A stretch of DNA of 19,257 nt from Sandaracinaceae bacterium (GTDB taxonomy: Bacteria > Myxococcota_A > Polyangia > Polyangiales > Sandaracinaceae): positions 1 through 19,257 of the forward strand of contig JBGAQA010000012.1 of assembly GCA_044220955.1 (NCBI GenBank), written 5' to 3'. Numbering within the stretch: position 1 is the first letter of the stretch; the number at the start of each line of letters is the position of its first letter. The notes under the pieces are model-generated. The model was not told where the DNA came from. It did not search any database and saw nothing but the letters and a program-made list of their open reading frames with translations. This document shows, piece after piece, positions 16,796 through 19,257 of this stretch. The position numbers and the translations under genes were made by a program.

Positions 16796-17743
16796 ATGCA
16801 TGCGTCGATCGAGGGACTCTCGGATCTGTTCGCGGTGCTCGGGGATCCGACGCGGCTGCGGATCGCGTGCGTCCTGGGCAAGCACGAGCTCACCGTGGCC
16901 GAGCTGACCGAGCTGCTCGGGCTGGCGCAGTCGCGGGTGTCGACCCAGCTCGCCCGCCTGAAGGACGCGGGGGTGCTCAGGGACCGCCGCGCCGGGACGA
17001 GCGCGTTCTATGCCGTCGACGAGGGCACGATGCGCGGCGAGGCGCGCGAGGCGCTGGCGATCGCCCGCCGCTCGCTCGACGCCCGCGCGCTGGAGGCCGA
17101 CGTCGCCAGGGCGGCCGCGCTGGTGAAGCGCCGCGAGGGCGCCAGGGGCTGGCCGGAGACCGTCGCGGGCCGGATGGAGAAGCACTACTCACCTGGCCGC
17201 ACCTGGGAGTCGATGGCGCTCGCGTTCCTGCAGCTCGTCGAGGTCGGGGACGTGCTCGACGCCGGCTGCGGCGACGGGACGGTCGCTGCGCTCGTCGCGC
17301 CCATCGCGACGAGCCTGACCTGCGTGGATCGGAGCGAGCGGATGGCCGAAGCGGCGCGCGAGCGCCTCGGTAGGCGCGCGCGCGTCGTCGCCGGCGACGT
17401 CGAAGCGCTGCCGCTGCCGGACGCGGCCTTCGACACCGTCCTCTTCATGCACGTGCTCGCGTCCGTGCAGGATCCCGAGGCCGCGCTGGAGGAGGCCGCC
17501 CGCGTGCTGCGCCCGGGCGGCAGGGTGCTCGTCGTCACGCTCGACAAGCACGATCACCTCGACGTCGCCTCCGCCTACGGCCACGTCCACGCCGGCTTCC
17601 GCCCCAAGCGCGTCGCCCAGATGCTCGAGAGAGCGGGGCTCGAGGTCGTCCGTTCCGAGGTCACGTCGCGCGAGCGACGCGAGCCATTCTTCTCCGTGGT
17701 CAGCGCCGTCGCGCGCAAGGCAATCGAGCGAGGTCCCCGATGA
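16796..17743 (+). CDS. ArsR-family HTH + SAM-dependent methyltransferase-fold regulator of methionine metabolism (SamR/SahR type)
   Basis: ArsR helix-turn-helix LGDPTRLRI...ELTVAEL...[15 protein letters not shown], linker [18 protein letters not shown] motif [18 protein letters not shown] and RVLRPGG. Its stop overlaps the metH start (ATGA). Confidence 0.9.
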   Translation: MHASIEGLSDLFAVLGDPTRLRIACVLGKHELTVAELTELLGLAQSRVSTQLARLKDAGVLRDRRAGTSAFYAVDEGTMRGEAREALAIARRSLDARALEADVARAAALVKRREGARGWPETVAGRMEKHYSPGRTWESMALAFLQLVEVGDVLDAGCGDGTVAALVAPIATSLTCVDRSERMAEAARERLGRRARVVAGDVEALPLPDAAFDTVLFMHVLASVQDPEAALEEAARVLRPGGRVLVVTLDKHDHLDVASAYGHVHAGFRPKRVAQMLERAGLEVVRSEVTSRERREPFFSVVSAVARKAIERGPR

Positions 17744-19257
17744 GCGAGAACGAAACCGTCCTGCCGAAGTACCTCCGCGAGCTGCTCGACGAGCGCATCG
17801 CCATCCTCGACGGCGCGATGGGCTCCCTCATCCAGCTCGAGAAGCTGGAGGAGAAGGACTTCCGCGGCGCGCGCTTCGGGAACCACGGCGTGGACCTCAA
17901 GGGCAACAACGACCTGCTCGCGCTCAGCCGACCCGACGTCATCCGCAAGCTCCACGAGCGCTACTTCGAGGCGGGCTCGGATCTGGTCGAGACGAACACG
18001 TTCTCGTCGACGGCGATCGCGCAGGCGGACTACGGCCTCTCGGAGCTCGCCTACGAGCTCAACGTGCGCTCGGCCGAGCTCGCGATGGAGGCGGCGCACG
18101 AGTGGACCAAGCGCACGCCCGACAAGCCGCGCTTCGTCGCAGGCGCGATCGGCCCGATGAACCGGACGCTCTCGCTCTCGCCGGACGTGAACGACCCGGG
18201 CTTCCGCGCGGTGACGTTCGACCAGGTGCGGGACGCGTACGCCGAGCAGGTGCGCGGGCTGATCGACGGCGGGGTCGATCTCATCCTGATCGAGACGATC
18301 TTCGACACGCTGAACAGCAAGGCGGCGATCGTCGCGGTCGAGCAGGTCTTCGCCGAGAAGAAGAAGCGCCTGCCGGTGATGATCTCGGTGACCATCACGG
18401 ATCGCAGCGGCCGGACGCTCAGCGGGCAGACGGTCGACGCGTTCTGGACGAGCGTCCGGCACGCGCGGCCCATCAGCGTGGGCATCAACTGTGCGCTCGG
18501 CGCGAACGAGATGCGGCCCTTCCTCACCGAGCTGGCCAAGGTCGCGGACACGCGCATCTCCTGCTACCCGAACGCGGGCCTGCCGAACGCGTTCGGCGGC
18601 TACGACGAACAGCCCGCCGACACCGGGCGCTTCCTGCGCGAGTTCGCCGAGGCGGGCCTGGTGAACATCGTGGGCGGCTGCTGCGGAACGACGCCCGCGC
18701 ACATCGCCGCGATCGCGAAGGCCGTGGGCGGCGTGGCCCCGCGCAAGACGCCCGAAAACGATCACCTCGCGCGCTACTCCGGGCTCGAGACGCTGACGGT
18801 GCGGCCGGACTCGAACTTCCTGATGATCGGCGAGCGCACGAACGTCACGGGCTCGCGCAGGTTCATGAACCTGATCAAGGGCGGGGACTTCAACACCGCG
18901 CTCGAGGTCGCGCTCGATCAGGTGCGCAGCGGCGCGAACCTGCTCGACGTGAACATGGACGAGGGGATGCTCGACTCGGAGGCGTCGATGACGCGCTTCC
19001 TGAACCTCGTGGCTTCGGAGCCCGAGATCTCGCGCATCCCGATCATGATCGACAGCTCCAAGTGGAGCGTGATCGAGGCGGGGCTCAAGTGCGTGCAGGG
19101 CAAGGCGGTCGTGAACTCCATCTCGCTCAAGGAGGGCGAGGAGAAGTTCGTCGAGCAGGCGCGCGCGTGCCGGCGATACGGCGCGGCGGTCGTGGTGATG
19201 GCGTTCGACGAGGGCGGACAGGCCGAGACGGCCGATCACCGGCTGAAGATCGCCGAA
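17740..19257 (+). CDS. metH: Cobalamin-dependent methionine synthase (3'-truncated by the window edge; absent from the ORF track)
   Basis: Translated by hand from ATG 17740: [126 protein letters not shown] and VVVMAFDE. Confidence 0.98.
   Translation, partial: MSENETVLPKYLRELLDERIAILDGAMGSLIQLEKLEEKDFRGARFGNHGVDLKGNNDLLALSRPDVIRKLHERYFEAGSDLVETNTFSSTAIAQADYGLSELAYELNVRSAELAMEAAHEWTKRTPDKPRFVAGAIGPMNRTLSLSPDVNDPGFRAVTFDQVRDAYAEQVRGLIDGGVDLILIETIFDTLNSKAAIVAVEQVFAEKKKRLPVMISVTITDRSGRTLSGQTVDAFWTSVRHARPISVGINCALGANEMRPFLTELAKVADTRISCYPNAGLPNAFGGYDEQPADTGRFLREFAEAGLVNIVGGCCGTTPAHIAAIAKAVGGVAPRKTPENDHLARYSGLETLTVRPDSNFLMIGERTNVTGSRRFMNLIKGGDFNTALEVALDQVRSGANLLDVNMDEGMLDSEASMTRFLNLVASEPEISRIPIMIDSSKWSVIEAGLKCVQGKAVVNSISLKEGEEKFVEQARACRRYGAAVVVMAFDEGGQAETADHRLKIAE

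Noticed and set aside
17575..19239. 554-aa minus-strand ORF
   Set aside because: Antisense shadow of metH, which is clearly encoded on the plus strand from 17740.

Overview
Very GC-rich bacterial chromosomal DNA. The many Cys-rich secreted lipoproteins, a MYXO-CTERM-like tail and Kazal/EGF modules suggest Myxococcota (Polyangia/Sandaracinus-like); this taxon call is inference. Recognisable genes are tRNA-Gly(CCC), a wHTH-STAND-TPR regulator, nhaA, a tandem universal stress protein, recN, an RmlD/RfbD-like reductase, an ArsR-methyltransferase regulator (SamR/SahR type) and a 3'-truncated metH that the ORF track omits. Between them lie about nine exported proteins: a beta-propeller lipoprotein, a Kazal plus Kunitz-like lipoprotein, a divergent M23-like lipoprotein, an EGF-CHAP protein, a probable outer-membrane beta-barrel and several hypotheticals. 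The strongest non-coding signals are a two-hairpin nhaA-I/Li+-I riboswitch-like leader on nhaA, a 3x10-bp phased direct repeat between the STAND regulator and its divergent lipoprotein, and an ATCCG-N6-CGGAT operator upstream of the regulator-metH operon. I saw no CRISPR array, integrase or transposase. All family assignments come from motif recognition by eye, not from database searches.
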